A stretch of 64,000 nt of DNA from Cyanophora paradoxa CCMP329 (taxonomy: Eukaryota; Plantae; Glaucophyta). Made by a program: the position numbers and the translations under genes. Under the pieces are notes generated by a model that made no database searches, had not been told where the DNA came from, and saw only the letters and a list, made by a program, of their open reading frames with translations. Below are positions 25,236 through 37,144 of the stretch, piece by piece. The stretch covers positions 62,001 through 126,000 of the forward strand of contig QPMI01000044.1 of NCBI GenBank assembly GCA_004431415.1. The letters run 5' to 3'. Position 1 is the stretch's first letter. The number at the start of each line of letters is the position of its first letter.

Positions 25236-28200
25236 TCAGCGCCTGTACACCTGTGGAGAGGCGTTGGCTTCGGCTCAGATCGAAGGAAATGAAAGGGGCG
25301 CTGGTAGCTATAATAGCTTATATTCATTCCAGAAACTGATCGAAAATTAAATTCTAATGAAAACGAAGAAAGTGGCGACCTCCAGCTTGGCGGTGAGGCG
25401 CGCGGAGATCTGCCCGCAGAGCTCGTGCCACCTCCGCCCGTACCCCTCCGCCCCGTTCTTGTCTGCGATCGCGAGAAATTAAAGTCACGCAGTTGTCACT
25501 GGCTCGGTGAGTCTCGCAGGCGGAAAAGCCCGATATCGATGGAGCTCAAGGGGCCGCGGGGCGGGACGACGTTATTTTTAGAGTCGGATCGGATTTGCGT
25601 GCGCTTATAATAATTACGTACCCGGGTGGTACTGCTGAAGAGCGGATAGCAGGGCCCGGCGGACCGCCTCGGGGCCCATCCGGGGCTCGAGCTGGCCCGG
25701 CGCCGGCGCCGCCTGCCCCGCGAATCTATCAGTCTCTTGTAGAATCTACTGTGGAATTCGTTTGTTCACCTGCCCCGCGGCCCGCGGCGGATGCGCCGCG
25801 TACACGTGCTGCAGGAGCTCCTGCGGGAATAATGAAAAATGATTGTAGAGGACCAAACTCTAGAACCGAATGAAGTTCAAGTATGTGAAACAAACAGCTG
25901 CAGCCCCCCCCCCCCCCCCCCCCTCCCCCCCCCCCTTCTTTTCTCCTGCGCCTCGAGCTCTCCCCCAGACTACAGGGACGGATCTATTCTTCTCTGTTCT
26001 GATAAGAATGTGAGATCTATATATAGCTAGAACCCGGGCGCCCCTGCCTGCGGCGGCCTCTAAACACATTCTCTTATAACGTTCTATAAAACCTCCTATA
26101 TAAACATCCGTTTATTACTCACCTGGGCGCCCCCGGCGGCGGCGGCGTCCAGCGCGGCCGCCTCTCGCGCGAGGCAGCGGCGGACGGCCTCCGCCTCCAC
26201 CGCCCGCCCCAGCGCCGCGTCCTCCTGCGGAAGAATTCGAAGCTCAAATTTAAAGGAAGAACGGGGAGACGCGCGGGGGCGGAGCGGGCCGGTCAGCGCG
26301 CGGGCGCCGCCGCGCGCACCTCGAGGGCGCGACGCCGCGCGAGCTCGGCGTCCGCCGCAGCCGCTGCCGCCGCGCCGTTGCCGTTTCCAGTGCCGTTGTA
26401 CGCTCCGCCTCCGGCGCCCTTGCGGAGCGCCGCCTGGGACCGATCGTTAGAGAAGAAGGGGGCGGCGGGGGCCAGGGGCGCGCCAGCTCGTTCCACAGCC
26501 GCTCGCACTGCCGCTCGGCCTCGCGCCTCCCCTGCGGCCCGAAGCCCCGTGAGCGGCCCCGTAAGCGGTCGTCCGAGGGGCAAGGGTCCCACAAGGCCGT
26601 CCGAGGTCTAGATCAGACGCCGATCGCGATCGCGGGAGGCGGCGGCTCGCATCCGAGTCGAGGGTTCTAGGGGCTGGGAAGGGCTCCACCAAAGCCCCGT
26701 GAGCGGCCCCGGGTGTGGAGCCAGGGTCCCACATGGCGGTCCTAGGCGATCGCGACCGCGGGGGGCGGCGCGGCATCGCGCGTCAGCGATCGATCGACAC
26801 TGAGGTCTAGATCTAGATCAGACGTCGATCTCGGGATGCGGCAGCAGATTTGAGAGTCAAGGGTTCTAGGGCAGATAATGAGGTCGATCGCGGAGGCGGC
26901 AGCTCAGATTGGAGCCAAGGGTTCTAGGGGCCGGGGAAGGGGCCGGGCGCGCGCTGGCCGGCTCGCCTGCGCCTCGCGCGCCGCTTCGGCCTCGGCGGCC
27001 TCCGCCCGCGCCGCCGCCGCCGCCGCCTCCGCCCGCGCCCGCTCCAGCGCCCCGCGCGCCCGCTCCAGCTGCCGCTCAGATCAGATCAGATCAGATCGGA
27101 TCAGATAGATCAGATCAGAAGCTAGAGCGCCGCGGCCTCCGCCTTGGCCACTCCCAGGCTCGTTCTAGGCGCCCGCCCGCGCACCTCGGCCCTCGTGGCC
27201 TCCAGCTCGGCCAGGGCGCGCCCGGCCGCCCCCTGCGCCTCGTCCCGCTGCTGCTGCCTCGCCGCCAGCTCCTGAGGCGGGGGGTGAGCCAAGGCTAAGC
27301 TCAAGCTAAGCTTAAGCTTGGCTAAGCTTAAGCTTAAGCTTGGCTAAGCTTAAGCTTAAGCTTGGCTGAGCTTAAGCTAAGCTTCAGCTTGAGGTTGGGC
27401 TACTAGGGCGCGCCTGGCCGAGCCGCGCCGCCTGCGCCGCCGCCTCCGCCGCCCGCCGCCGCTCGTCCCGCACGGCCGCCTCCTCGAAGGGCGTCGCGTT
27501 GGGGCCCGCGGGGGCCGGCGGCGCCCCCGAGCGCGCCCCCGCGCGCGCCCCGATTTCGCAGAGGTACACCAGGCTGCCGTCCCCGTCCCCGTCCCCGTCG
27601 CCGTAGGCGCCGGAGGAACGTTCGTCCGCGGGGGAACGGTCGCCTTTCCCCAGCAGCTCGCGCCAGAGGTACGCCCGCAGCGCCGCGGCGCCACCGAAGA
27701 GCAGCGCCGCGGGCCCGCGAGGCGCTTCCCGAGCCCCGTCCGGAGCGATCTCGTCGGCCCGCTGCCTCGGGTCGAGCAGGAGGGCCCCGCCGGGGGGTAC
27801 GGGTCCACCGCGCGCCACGAGCGCGCAGCGGCGGCCGCGGGTAGCCGTGAATAGCCTCAGGGGACCCCACCGCCTCGTCGCGAGAATCGCCCCCGCCGCC
27901 TGGCCGGGAAGTGAGGGGGGGGGTACGGGAGCGGGGGGGGGATACAGGAAGTAGGTCTGGGAGGGGTACACACCGCCGAGGAAAGGAGAAGGGGGCGGGG
28001 CTCGGAGGGGAGGAGGGCCGCGAGGGGGGGTACGTCCCTGACCAGGTCCGCCTCCGTCCCCCGCAGGGCTCCTTGCCCCCCGGCGGCGGCCGCGGCCGCC
28101 TCCGCCTCCTCCAGTGCCTGCCCCGCAGGTCGGCAGGGGTACGAGGTTTCGCCGGGAGAAAACCGCGTACCCTTCCGAGGATCTGGGCCCCGTCGAAGGG

Positions 28201-29045
28201 GCCCAGCTCGGGGCGGTCGGCGCGGTGGAGGGCGAGCGCGGCGAAGAGGCAGGCGAGGAGATGGAAGCCGCCGGGGGGGTACGGGGCGGCCGCCGGGCCG
28301 CCCGCGGAGCGCCGGGGCGCCTCGTGGAAGGCGTCTGACGAGCGGAGCCGATCAGATCAGATCAGATCAGATCAGATCAGATCAGATCGGATCGGAGGCG
28401 GCGCGGGCCGCCCGCACCGTAGAGGGGCAGGCGGGGTATGGACATGTCGCCGAAGACGTCCAGGACGTTGTTGCGAGGCTGCAGCGGGTCCGTCGCGTGC
28501 GCGGCCTGCGGCGCGAGCTCGGGTGAGGGAGGGCGAGGGCGGGCGAGGGGGCGAGCGCGGGGAGCGAGAGACGGGCACCGATGTGCGCCAGACGCATTCG
28601 GGGCCCCCGCTGTACGAGACGCGGAAGCGGAATTCGATCCGGCGGAGGGGCAGGTCGACGAGGAGCTGCCAGCGGCCCTCGCCGGGCCCCGGGAATCGAA
28701 CGGGCTTGAGGTCCAGCTCCCGCAGCCACTGCGCGCGCCTCAGAGAGCGCTGCGAGGCGCATGCACACGCGCGAACGCGCGCACGTGGCGGTCGCCGAAG
28801 GTGCCTGCGACGGACACCGCGACGATCGTCCGATCGGCCGCCGGGTCAGCGTCGCGGTAGGTAAGCTTCGCGGTTTTGAAGCGCAGGCGCGCCTCCGCGA
28901 AGTCGTAGTGCCGCGCCGGCTGCCCCGGCTCCTGCTCCTCGCCGTCGGCGGCCGAGTCGAGGCCGGCCCGCGGCCGCCCGCCGCCGCCGAGGCCATCGAA
29001 CGCCTCGCGCAGGACTTGCCCCACGCGATCGAGCAGGCCTGCCAT
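25236..29045 (-). CDS. Multi-exon protein: N-terminal CBM48/AMPK-beta-type glucan-binding domain, central coiled coil, C-terminal J-domain-like region (HPD)
   Basis: Spliced: VAVSVAGTFGDRH|WLRELDLKPVRFPGPGEGRWQLLVDLPLRRIEFRFRVSYSGGPECVWRTS|AAHATDPLQPRNNVLDV (CBM48 pattern); coiled coil (ELAARQQQRDEAQ...RQLERARGALERARAE); C-terminus AVRRALLSALQQYHP|DKNGAEGYGRRWHELCGQISARLTAKLE|VYRR*. Confidence 0.72.
26541..26940. repeat. Degenerate intronic tandem repeat
   Basis: Three copies of ~GATCGCGGAGGCGGCAGCTCAGATTGGAGCCAAGGGTTCTAGGG; two copies each of AAGCCCCGTGAGCGGCCCC and AGGGTCCCACA. Confidence 0.7.
27076..27390. repeat. Intronic microsatellites (TCAGA)n (27076-27119) and (TAAGCT)n-like (27294-27390)
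   Basis: Direct reading; similar (GATCA)n arrays at ~28349-28392 and ~50977-51012, and (ATCT)n at ~35671-35780. Confidence 0.9.
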
Positions 29046-29694
29046 GTGCAACTGCACGCCTCAGCTCCGAGGTGCCGGCATCGCGCGCCGCGCGGATGGA
29101 TCGAGGCTGGAGCCGCTGGACACTGAGTCGCTCTGCTGGCTCCCCTCGCGTGCGGGGACGCTCAAAGGCCTTAGCTATCGCTCAGGAGGCGACCTGCACG
29201 CCCGCCTGCAGCTGGAAACGGCAAGCTCTTTTTGAACGACCTCCTAGCGCGAAGCTGCAGCTGCGCGCCGCGTCGGCCGAGAAGCGTGCCGACAAGCTCA
29301 TGATCAGCTCAATGGTCTATCCGAGCTGTTCATGCAGCGCGCGGCTGCGCAAGCGCAGGTAAAGCTTAAGTACCAGGCTCGAAGTACCATTCGCTTCGGT
29401 ACCCTGCTACCACCGCCTAGCTATATATAGTTGGCGCCTACCAGTACCACCGTACCGCCACGCGTACGGCGCCACCGCGCAGCGTATGCCGCGACGCAGC
29501 CGCGTATACGCTGGCAATGCCTGGCATGGGCGCTGGGCGCTGGCGCCCGACGCGCGCCTCCCGAGTCCCGAGTCCCGACTCCCGAGGTCTAGGCCTAGGC
29601 TAGGCCCGTGGCCCCGGCGCAGGCGCGGCTCTCCCGCTGGCGGCGCTAACGATCCGGTAGAGAATAATAATGATAATGATAATGAAAGCGGAGG

Positions 29695-31620
29695 TCAAGC
29701 GAGGAGGAGGGTCGCGCCGCTCTGGAGGCCCAGCCCGCCCCCCTCGCCCAGCGCCACGCAGGCCGTCCCCGCCGCGCACGAGGCGGGGCGCGCCGCCGTC
29801 CGCGGCGTCTGCGAAGCCAAGTCAAGAAAAGGGGGGGAGGAAGTGGACAGGGGTGCACGCACCGCCGCCGTGAACGAGACGTCCACGGCCCAGATCTGCT
29901 CCGGCGCGTTCGTGAAAAGGGACAGGTAGGCGAGGGACCTGGCGTAGGGGCGGCCGGTGTCAGAGGGGGGTACAGCGGCTTCTTGGGCCGGGAGGGGGTA
30001 CCGGGGCGGGTCGATGGACATGCCGGCGAGCCATGGGTCGGGAGTTGTCACCGGGCCACACCTGGTAGGGGGGTCAAGGAGAAAGAGGGGGTACAGGGCG
30101 CAATGCGAATGGGTACATTATGGTCGATACGAGCCCTGCGGCGACCGCCAGCCCCGGTCAAGAGGAGGAGGGGTAGAAGGGGGGAGGAGGGGGGGGGGGG
30201 GGGGCGGGAAGGGCCCGCACCGGTACGCAGATTCATCTTTCGGAGGCACTGGGGCTTGAGCTGCACGCGCAGGCGGGCGGAGCGGGATCGGATCGGGGGT
30301 ACAGGCGCGGGTGGGGGGGGTGGGGGGAGGGGCATGAGAGGGGTAAGAGCTCGCCTCCGCGAAGAAGAGCGTGTCCCCGGGCCCGTGTCGGTCGCGAGGA
30401 GTACTCCCGGAGCGATCTGCATACACCCTGAGATCCAAGCGTATCTGGGGCCGCGGGCCGGGCGGGGTACCTCGATGATGGCCGCCAGCGTCTCGGACAG
30501 AAGCGCGTTTGTGCCTGCGGGATATGACGGCTCGGTTTGACGGGCCCTGATCTTGAAGGGAAGGAGGCCTAGGAAAGACAGGAGGCGCACCTGTGCCGTC
30601 GGCATAGCCAGTAATGACCCCCCATTGCCCCGCGATCGCAACGGGGGTACTCCAAGCTGCGCGAGGAGCGAGGTCCGATCGGTCGGGGGCCGGGATTAGG
30701 GGTGGGGGGTACGGGGCCACGCACTGAGTAGGTCCGTTTTAAAGAGCTGCCCGTGGGCGTAGAAGTAGAAAGTCACGTGATCGAGGCCGATACCCTGCAG
30801 AGCAAAGCGATTCGCTCGGCTGGGGGGGGCAAATGCGGGGTACAGGGCGTAACGGACCATGCCGACCGGATGGACCCCGGACGGGGTCAGAAGCGGGGTA
30901 TCGACGTATCTGTCGCTCATGCGGACGCGCCTGATCCGACCGTCCGAGACACCCGTCGATCCCTGGGCTGCGCAGCCGCGGGCGGTCAGAGGCCAGGGGA
31001 GGGGTACAGGTGAAGGAAGAAGGAAATGGGGTTTTTGGCTTACATATGTACATGTATTTACACAAGGAGTCCAGGATGATGGGTTTCCCTGGAAGGCGCC
31101 CAGAACGTCACGTCAGGGCCCCAGGACGCTAGATCAGATCAGATCTGACCTTCAGGTACGATGAGCGCGGATTCCCCGACCTCGTCCGTAGTGCCTGGAG
31201 TGCTGACGACTCCGACAAAGATCGCTGCGGGCCGCGCGGAATGAAGGCTGGAATTTGATCGCGCGCGGCGCGCGGCGCGCGGCTGCGGCTGGGCCCCGGG
31301 GGCGCACGGGAATTCGCAGGATCCGCGTACGTCGCGTTGTCATCGATATCCGTCGTCATGTTGACTCTGACAATGACCGTTGACCCGGGACCGACGACGT
31401 AGAGTTGTTTCGTAGCGGCACAATAAACGCTGCTCCGGGGATTGGTGATGCCCCACGTCATCCGCACCGCGCCTGCGATGTGCGCTAGTGAGCGCGGCCT
31501 TCGCTTTCGCGTTTGCGAAGCATCGGACCCTCATAAGCGAAGCTGTAGGCGGAGCACGGGGCGAGGAGAAGGAACACCGCGGCCGCGGCGAGGGACGCCG
31601 CAAGAGGCCACGGCGAACTC
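29695..31620 (-). CDS. Hypothetical secreted protein (multi-exon, beta-rich); start uncertain
   Basis: Signal-peptide-like WPLAASLAAAAVFLLLAPCSA-YSFAYEG (~31610-31530); exons MTWGITNPRSSVYCAATKQLYVVGPGSTVIVRVNMTT, GIGLDHVTFYFYAHGQLFKTDLLS, RSLAYLSLFTNAPEQIWAVDVSF; no family recognised. Confidence 0.55.
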
Positions 31621-32086
31621 CGCTTGCAGTCTAATGCTACTGCGCTGCAAGCAGTATCTCCGTTCGTGCGGCCAATGCAATGGCGCCGGCGATGCCATGA
31701 CGCTGCTGCTGACGCCGCCTACGCGCCACCGCTGACTTGGAGCCCTATCGATATCGCTCGCCTCGCCCACGGTGTCGTTCTTGAGTTGGCGTACGACCAG
31801 CGTGTGCCCCGCCAGTCCGGGCAATATAAATAGTTCGCGCTGGAGTGCTAGCTGAGGTGCTGCCACGTACCGTGCTGGGCTGCAGGATAGGATACAGCGG
31901 CGGGCTCGGCTAACGCCCTGTACCCAGGGAGGCCCTCCTGCCAGTCTCCTGGCCTGGCTCTCGGAGATCTCTCGCCACTGGCCCGGCACATCAACATGGC
32001 GCACGAGAAGCGTCGGTAGTTCGCGGACGACACAGCGCACCCCAGCGCCAGACCGCGCTCGGAGCCCGTTGGTCAGTTAGCGGGCA

Positions 32087-33891
32087 ATGGAGAAGGCGGA
32101 GGAGCGGCGCGGCCGCAAGCTCTGCGGTTGCTACTGTGCGCCACACGGCGACGTGTACCTCTGGACGAGCTTCGCACTCCTCTTCGTCGCTTTCGTCTTG
32201 CAGCCCATAGGTGCGGCCGCGCCGGCCGCCCACCGCCCGCCTGCTCGGACTTATGTGCGCCTCTTTCGAGCCGACCTCCCTGACCGCCGCGGCCGCCCCG
32301 CAGCGCTCGGAACGCGCGGCTGGTCCACGTCGTCAATGAAGTACTGCGCTGGCAACGTGAGTCCCTTTAAAACACGCCGAGCGTTCGCTGCTATCGAAGA
32401 CCGCCCCGCGGGGCCGCGGGAGGCGGGCCGGATCCCGAGGCTCGCTGCGCCGCTGACCGCCCGTCCGCCCGCCCGCCCGCCCATAGTACTGCGGCGCGCC
32501 CACGTATGTGCGCTTCAAAGTCGGGCTGTTCGCTGTGGCGGTCGAGGACAACCCGAGCAGTGCGCCCTCGGGCCAATGCGTCGCCGCGCCGCACGACCTC
32601 TTCTGACCCCTGCCCGCCTCGCCTCTGCAGTCGCGCCGCTGGCATCCGGAACGTACCAGGTGCCGCAGCGCCTCCGAAAACGATTCGATGCGCTTCGCTT
32701 CGAATCGAATCCTCGCGCGCAGTTCAAGGACTGCAGCGCCTTCTCGGTGGACGAGTACGTGTCCGGCCGCTGGGGCTGCAGCGAGCTGCAGAAGAGCGGC
32801 GCGGCCGCCTTCGCGCTGGGCCTCGTCTCGCTGGTCCTGGACCTGGCACTCCTCTTCCTGGCCTGGCGCGAGCTCGCCAGGCCGGAGGCGAGCCGCGAGC
32901 GCGAGCACGGGGCGGTCCCGGCCCGCGCCGCCCTCTCCGCCGCCGCCGGCTTCAGCGCCGTTCTCCAGTTCATCTCGTTCGTCGTCTGGCGCGCGAACGG
33001 TGCGCGGAGCCGCGTCTGCCATTCCAGTATCTCCGCTCAATCATGACTCGGCCTCCGCAGCGCACGAGAAGCTCGCTCCGTTCCTCTCCTGGGTGCCCCA
33101 CCTTTCCTCGCCCTGCCCGCTCCCGCCCGCGCCGCCGGCCGGCCCGCTCACCCGTGGGGTCGCAGTGGGCGACCCTGACCAAGACCGACGAATGGGTCTA
33201 CTTCCCGGGTACGCCGGGCCGCCCGGGCCCGGGCGTGGGTACACCGCTGAAGCCCTTTGCGTGCGCGCCCGCAGGGTACAGCCACTCCCTCGCCGTTACA
33301 GCTTTCGTTCTACTGGTAGCGGTGCGCGCTGGCGGGGTGGGAGGCGGGGCGTACCGCGTCTCAAGAGGGGGGGTACGGGATCCGACGCGCCTCTTTCTTG
33401 TCCGCAGAGCTCCGCTGGTTTCGGGTTCTCGGCATGCAACGTTCGCGGCACCGCCCGCGAGTCCCGCCGCGGCCGCGCGGTGCGCCCCCTCGTTTTCTTG
33501 TTAACCCTGTACCCCCTGAACCCCTTTTCCCCGGCAGTACCGTAAGGCAAACACGACGCCACCTCCTCCCCCTGCCTCGCTCGACGGGCCACTACCCCCC
33601 CTCAACGGCTCCAGCCCCGGGGTGCGCCTCGCTTCTTCCCTCTCGAAGTCTTCGTTCGATGCGAGCCGTCCCGGGTCCGAGCAGGTACCTCCCCATTTCG
33701 CAAACCTGCCCGTACCCCCCGCGCCCGCGGGCGCCCCGCAGGCCTCCTGGGAGCCCGTCTTCCAGGCCCCGCAGAGGCCCTACGAGGCCTCCCGTGTACC
33801 CCCCAGGACCCCCGAGCCCGTCCCAAGCGAGCCCTGGGTGCCCCCGCCCCGGGTCCCTGGCCCAGTTCCCGAGCCGATTGCTGTCTATTAG
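32087..33891 (+). CDS. Claudin/PMP22/amastin-like tetraspan membrane protein A with Pro-rich tail
   Basis: TM1 YLWTSFALLFVAFVLQPI|ALGTRGW, loop Cys pair (KDCSAF...WGCSELQKSGAAAFALGLVSL), TM3 LQFISFVVW, TM4 GYSHSLAVTAFVLLVA; stop after PEPIAVY. Confidence 0.7.
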
Positions 33892-34450
33892 CTCGGCGAC
33901 TTGCCCTGCTAGCGCTGTTCTAAAGTTTTGCGCTTGAAGCTCATTTATTGTAGCGCTAGCTATATAGCCCCGTGTTGTTCTTTTATTTTCCTCTCCTGAA
34001 ATCAAATTGCAGCGTGACGGGGACGCGATCGCGGGAATTCAATTGCAAATGCGCGCGCGTCGGGCGGCCCGAATCCGCCGGCGCCCGGGCGGACTCGGGC
34101 CTGCGCATGCGGCGCGGCCGCGTTAGCTATAGAAGGCTGCGAGCTTGAGCTGGCAGCTGCAGGCTGCAGTCCTGGCCATGGTGCGCGTGTACGAATTGAA
34201 CCAGCCGCTGATCATGAGCTCGCCGAGTCGGCTTCATGATCAAGGCTTGCCAGGCTTGGCCCAGTGGGCCCGGGGCTTGCCGGCTCGCCCATTGGGGGTA
34301 CAATAGCGCCGTCCTCCTTCTGCGACACGTAGGGGCCGCTGGCGCTGCCGCAGTGCTTCTGTAGCTCAAGCGCAAGCCGCCGGCGCGCTGTGGCGCCGGT
34401 AAGAGCACACGAACCGGGCGCGGCACGCGTGAAGGCGAGCTAAGAGCGAG

Positions 34451-36840
34451 ATGAGCTACTGTGGTGAGTCCCGCGCGGATTTGTGATGCCCTAGGCTGGT
34501 GCCATACTCTTCTTTAACATTTAAACCGCGCTCGCCCTCGGGGACGGCGCTGGCCTCCGATCCACGATTCAACGCCCGCCAGCCGAGCGCCCCCCGCCAG
34601 CTTCCGAGGAGCTTCCGTCCTCTAGCTGAGCTCCAGGCGATTCGTTTCCTGTTAGATTGTACAACCGCCTCCAACGGCGACCGAGCGGGGCCTGCCGATC
34701 CCGCTCGGCTGCCAAGCTGACCCGGCGCAGTGCTGCATACGGCGAATTTCTTCATATTCATCTCCGTGCTATTCACGCCTCTCGCGCTGGGTGCGACACG
34801 TCCAGCCGCCCGCTCGAAGACAAAACGGCCGCGTGGCGCCCGCGTCTCCGCCCCGCGTCCCTGCTGACTCTCCCCAAACGCTCCCAGGCACTCGCTTGTG
34901 GACCCGAGAATACGTGCGCACGCGCGCATCGCCCGACGGAAGCCCCCGCCTGACTTCGGCGCTTCCCTCCGCGCCTCGCTCGCGCAGTTGAACTATGTAG
35001 GAGTGCAGGCGACGGGCTCGGGGACAGTCTTCGCGCAGAAGGACTCCTTCTTAGGCTTCGGCCTCTTCGCGATGGTCGTCGATGGGAACCCCAACACATT
35101 CCCCCTCCGCGACGGGACGTACTCGTACGCCAACTGCAACGGGAACAGGTACCCCCCTCCCCCTGCGTTCCCCCTCACCCCCCTCTCCGCCCGACGCACC
35201 CGCGCAGCATCTACGAATACTCCTCGGCCACCCCCACCTGGGGCTGCCGTGGTCCGTCCCCCACGCCCCGTGGTCGCACCGTCGGGGCGCCCTGACCGTC
35301 GGGCGGGGGGCAGAGGTCTACCAGGCTGGCGCCGCCACCTTCGCCATGTGCCTCATCGGTACGCCGCGCCGCGCCGCGCCGCGCCGCCCCGCGACGCGAT
35401 GCCCGCGCCCCCCCATCAACGCTCCTCGCCGTGCCTGGAGCCCCACTCGGCAACCCTTAGCCCTAGCCTGCCCTCAGCTCCCCCTACCCCCCTCACTCCT
35501 GCCCTCTAGTTTCGAGTCTTGCCCCCCCCCCCCCCCCCCCCCCCCCCCCATCCCCTCCCCCGGACCTGACTTCGCTCGCGGGCAGCGCTCCTGATCTACG
35601 CGGCCCTCTTCCTCGTGATCCTCATCTTCACCGGCTGCTCGGTGCGCCTGCTCGTGGAAATGCAGTTAGAAAGATATCTATCTAATCTATGACTATCTAT
35701 CTATAGATATGCCTTTCTATCTCTCTATCTATCTATCTATCTATGGAAAGCTAGACAGATGGATATCTGAAAGATAGATAGGCCAACCGCGCGCTGTTCC
35801 GCGCACCGCCCGCTGTTCCGCGCACCGCGTGCCGCGCCGCTGACCGACCGAGCGCGCGCCGCGCCGCGCCGCGCCGCCGCGCCGCGCAGGGGGCGAAGGG
35901 CACGCGGTGGTACTCGCACACGGGATCCATGGCCGCCGTCCTCTGGCTCCTCCCGATCGCCATCATCTTCCAGCTCATCGGCGTCCTCGTCTGGCTCGGA
36001 AAGGGTGCGGGAGGGAGGGGGTACGGGGAGGCGAGGCGTGGGGGGGTACGCGTGTGCGGGGTACTAGTCCATTCTTGCCTCGCTAGGGCCGCGCTGGCGC
36101 GGTCTTGCACTCTGCCGGCACCCCTTCCCCTGCACCTTGCTCTTCTCGGCTCGGCGAGGGAGTTGACGCGCCTCCTTTCGGCGCAGGCAACGCGGCCGCG
36201 AAGGACTTCGGGAGCTGGTGGGCCACCACTGCCTTCGGGTACGCGATTCTTGAGGCGGGGTAGTCCCCTTCTGTCCGGGCGAACGTTCAACTTCGTTCGC
36301 AGGCCGCTGGGCGTGCTCCACACGCTCTCCTCGAGCTACGCGCTCGCCTGCGCCTCGCTCGCCTCGGCCGGGCTCGCCTGGATTCTATTTTTAGGCTGCT
36401 ACATCTCGATGCGGAAGGGTACGCGCCAGAATATGGCGCCGGCCTTCGACGGGCTCCCGGCCGCCCCGCCCATCGACCACGTCGTCGCTTCCCACCCGAC
36501 CGCCGGCACGGAGTACGGCATTGGGCCCGAGACGAAGGTCGGGGCGCGCATTCCGGCCGCCCCCGTACCCCCCGCCGTCGCCGGCTACAACCCGGTCCCG
36601 GTCCAGTACCCCCCTCCGTACTCCCCTCCCGCCCCCGGGGCGCCCGCGGCCCCCCAGCCCACGTACCCCTCGCCCTGGTCCCCGTCGGCCCCGCCTGCCA
36701 CCACCGCGAACGTTTTCAACGCCTCCGCCGGCCTGCCGGAGCCGGCGTACCCTCCTCAGCAGTCCTTCGACAACTACGGTGCCCCCCCGCCGCCCGCTGG
36801 GGGGTACGCATACGGGCCTCCCCCTCCCGGCCCCTTCTAG
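34451..36840 (+). CDS. Claudin/PMP22/amastin-like tetraspan membrane protein B (tandem paralog of A) with Pro/Tyr-rich tail
   Basis: ATG AGC TAC TGT G|gtgagt; ANFFIFISVLFTPLALGTRLW, FGLFAM, ANCNG...WGCQVYQAGAATFAMCLI, IFQLIGVLVW, SSSYALACASL; tail with YPPPY. Confidence 0.72.
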
Positions 36841-37007
36841 ACGGGGGAGCCTGGTCGACGGCTCCGCCTCGCGGGGAGCCGCCCCGCCCGGCGCATCCCC
36901 CCTTGCGTATTGCATGTATCATCAAGTATCAGGTTTACGCATTCATATATGAGAAGCGTCTTACTTATTAAGCGGAGGACGGGCCGGGAGCCGCCGCCCG
37001 GGCGGCG

Positions 37008-37085
37008 GGCCGCTTCTGTTCGCTCCCTCGGGGGGCGCCCGGCGGCTCGTGGACCGCCTTTCGGGCGCCCCCGTCATAGACGGCC
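37008..37085 (-). promoter_or_regulatory. SECIS element (form 2) in the 3' UTR of the GPX gene
   Basis: Minus strand reads ATGA-C-GGGGGCGCCC-G-AAA-GGCGG-TCCACGAG-CCGCC-GGGCGCCCCC-C-GA: AUGA/GA core, 10-bp helix II, unpaired AAA and an extra mini-helix; ~67 nt after the stop codon. Confidence 0.92.
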
Positions 37086-37144
37086 GATTCGACCGCCGGG
37101 CGGGCTCGACCGGCGCGCGTCGCTCCGCTCTAAAGCCAGGGGCC

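Noticed and set aside
34675-34730. Possible GA-AG intron in tetraspan B
   Set aside because: A nearby GC donor restores the same frame, so a GA donor is not required.
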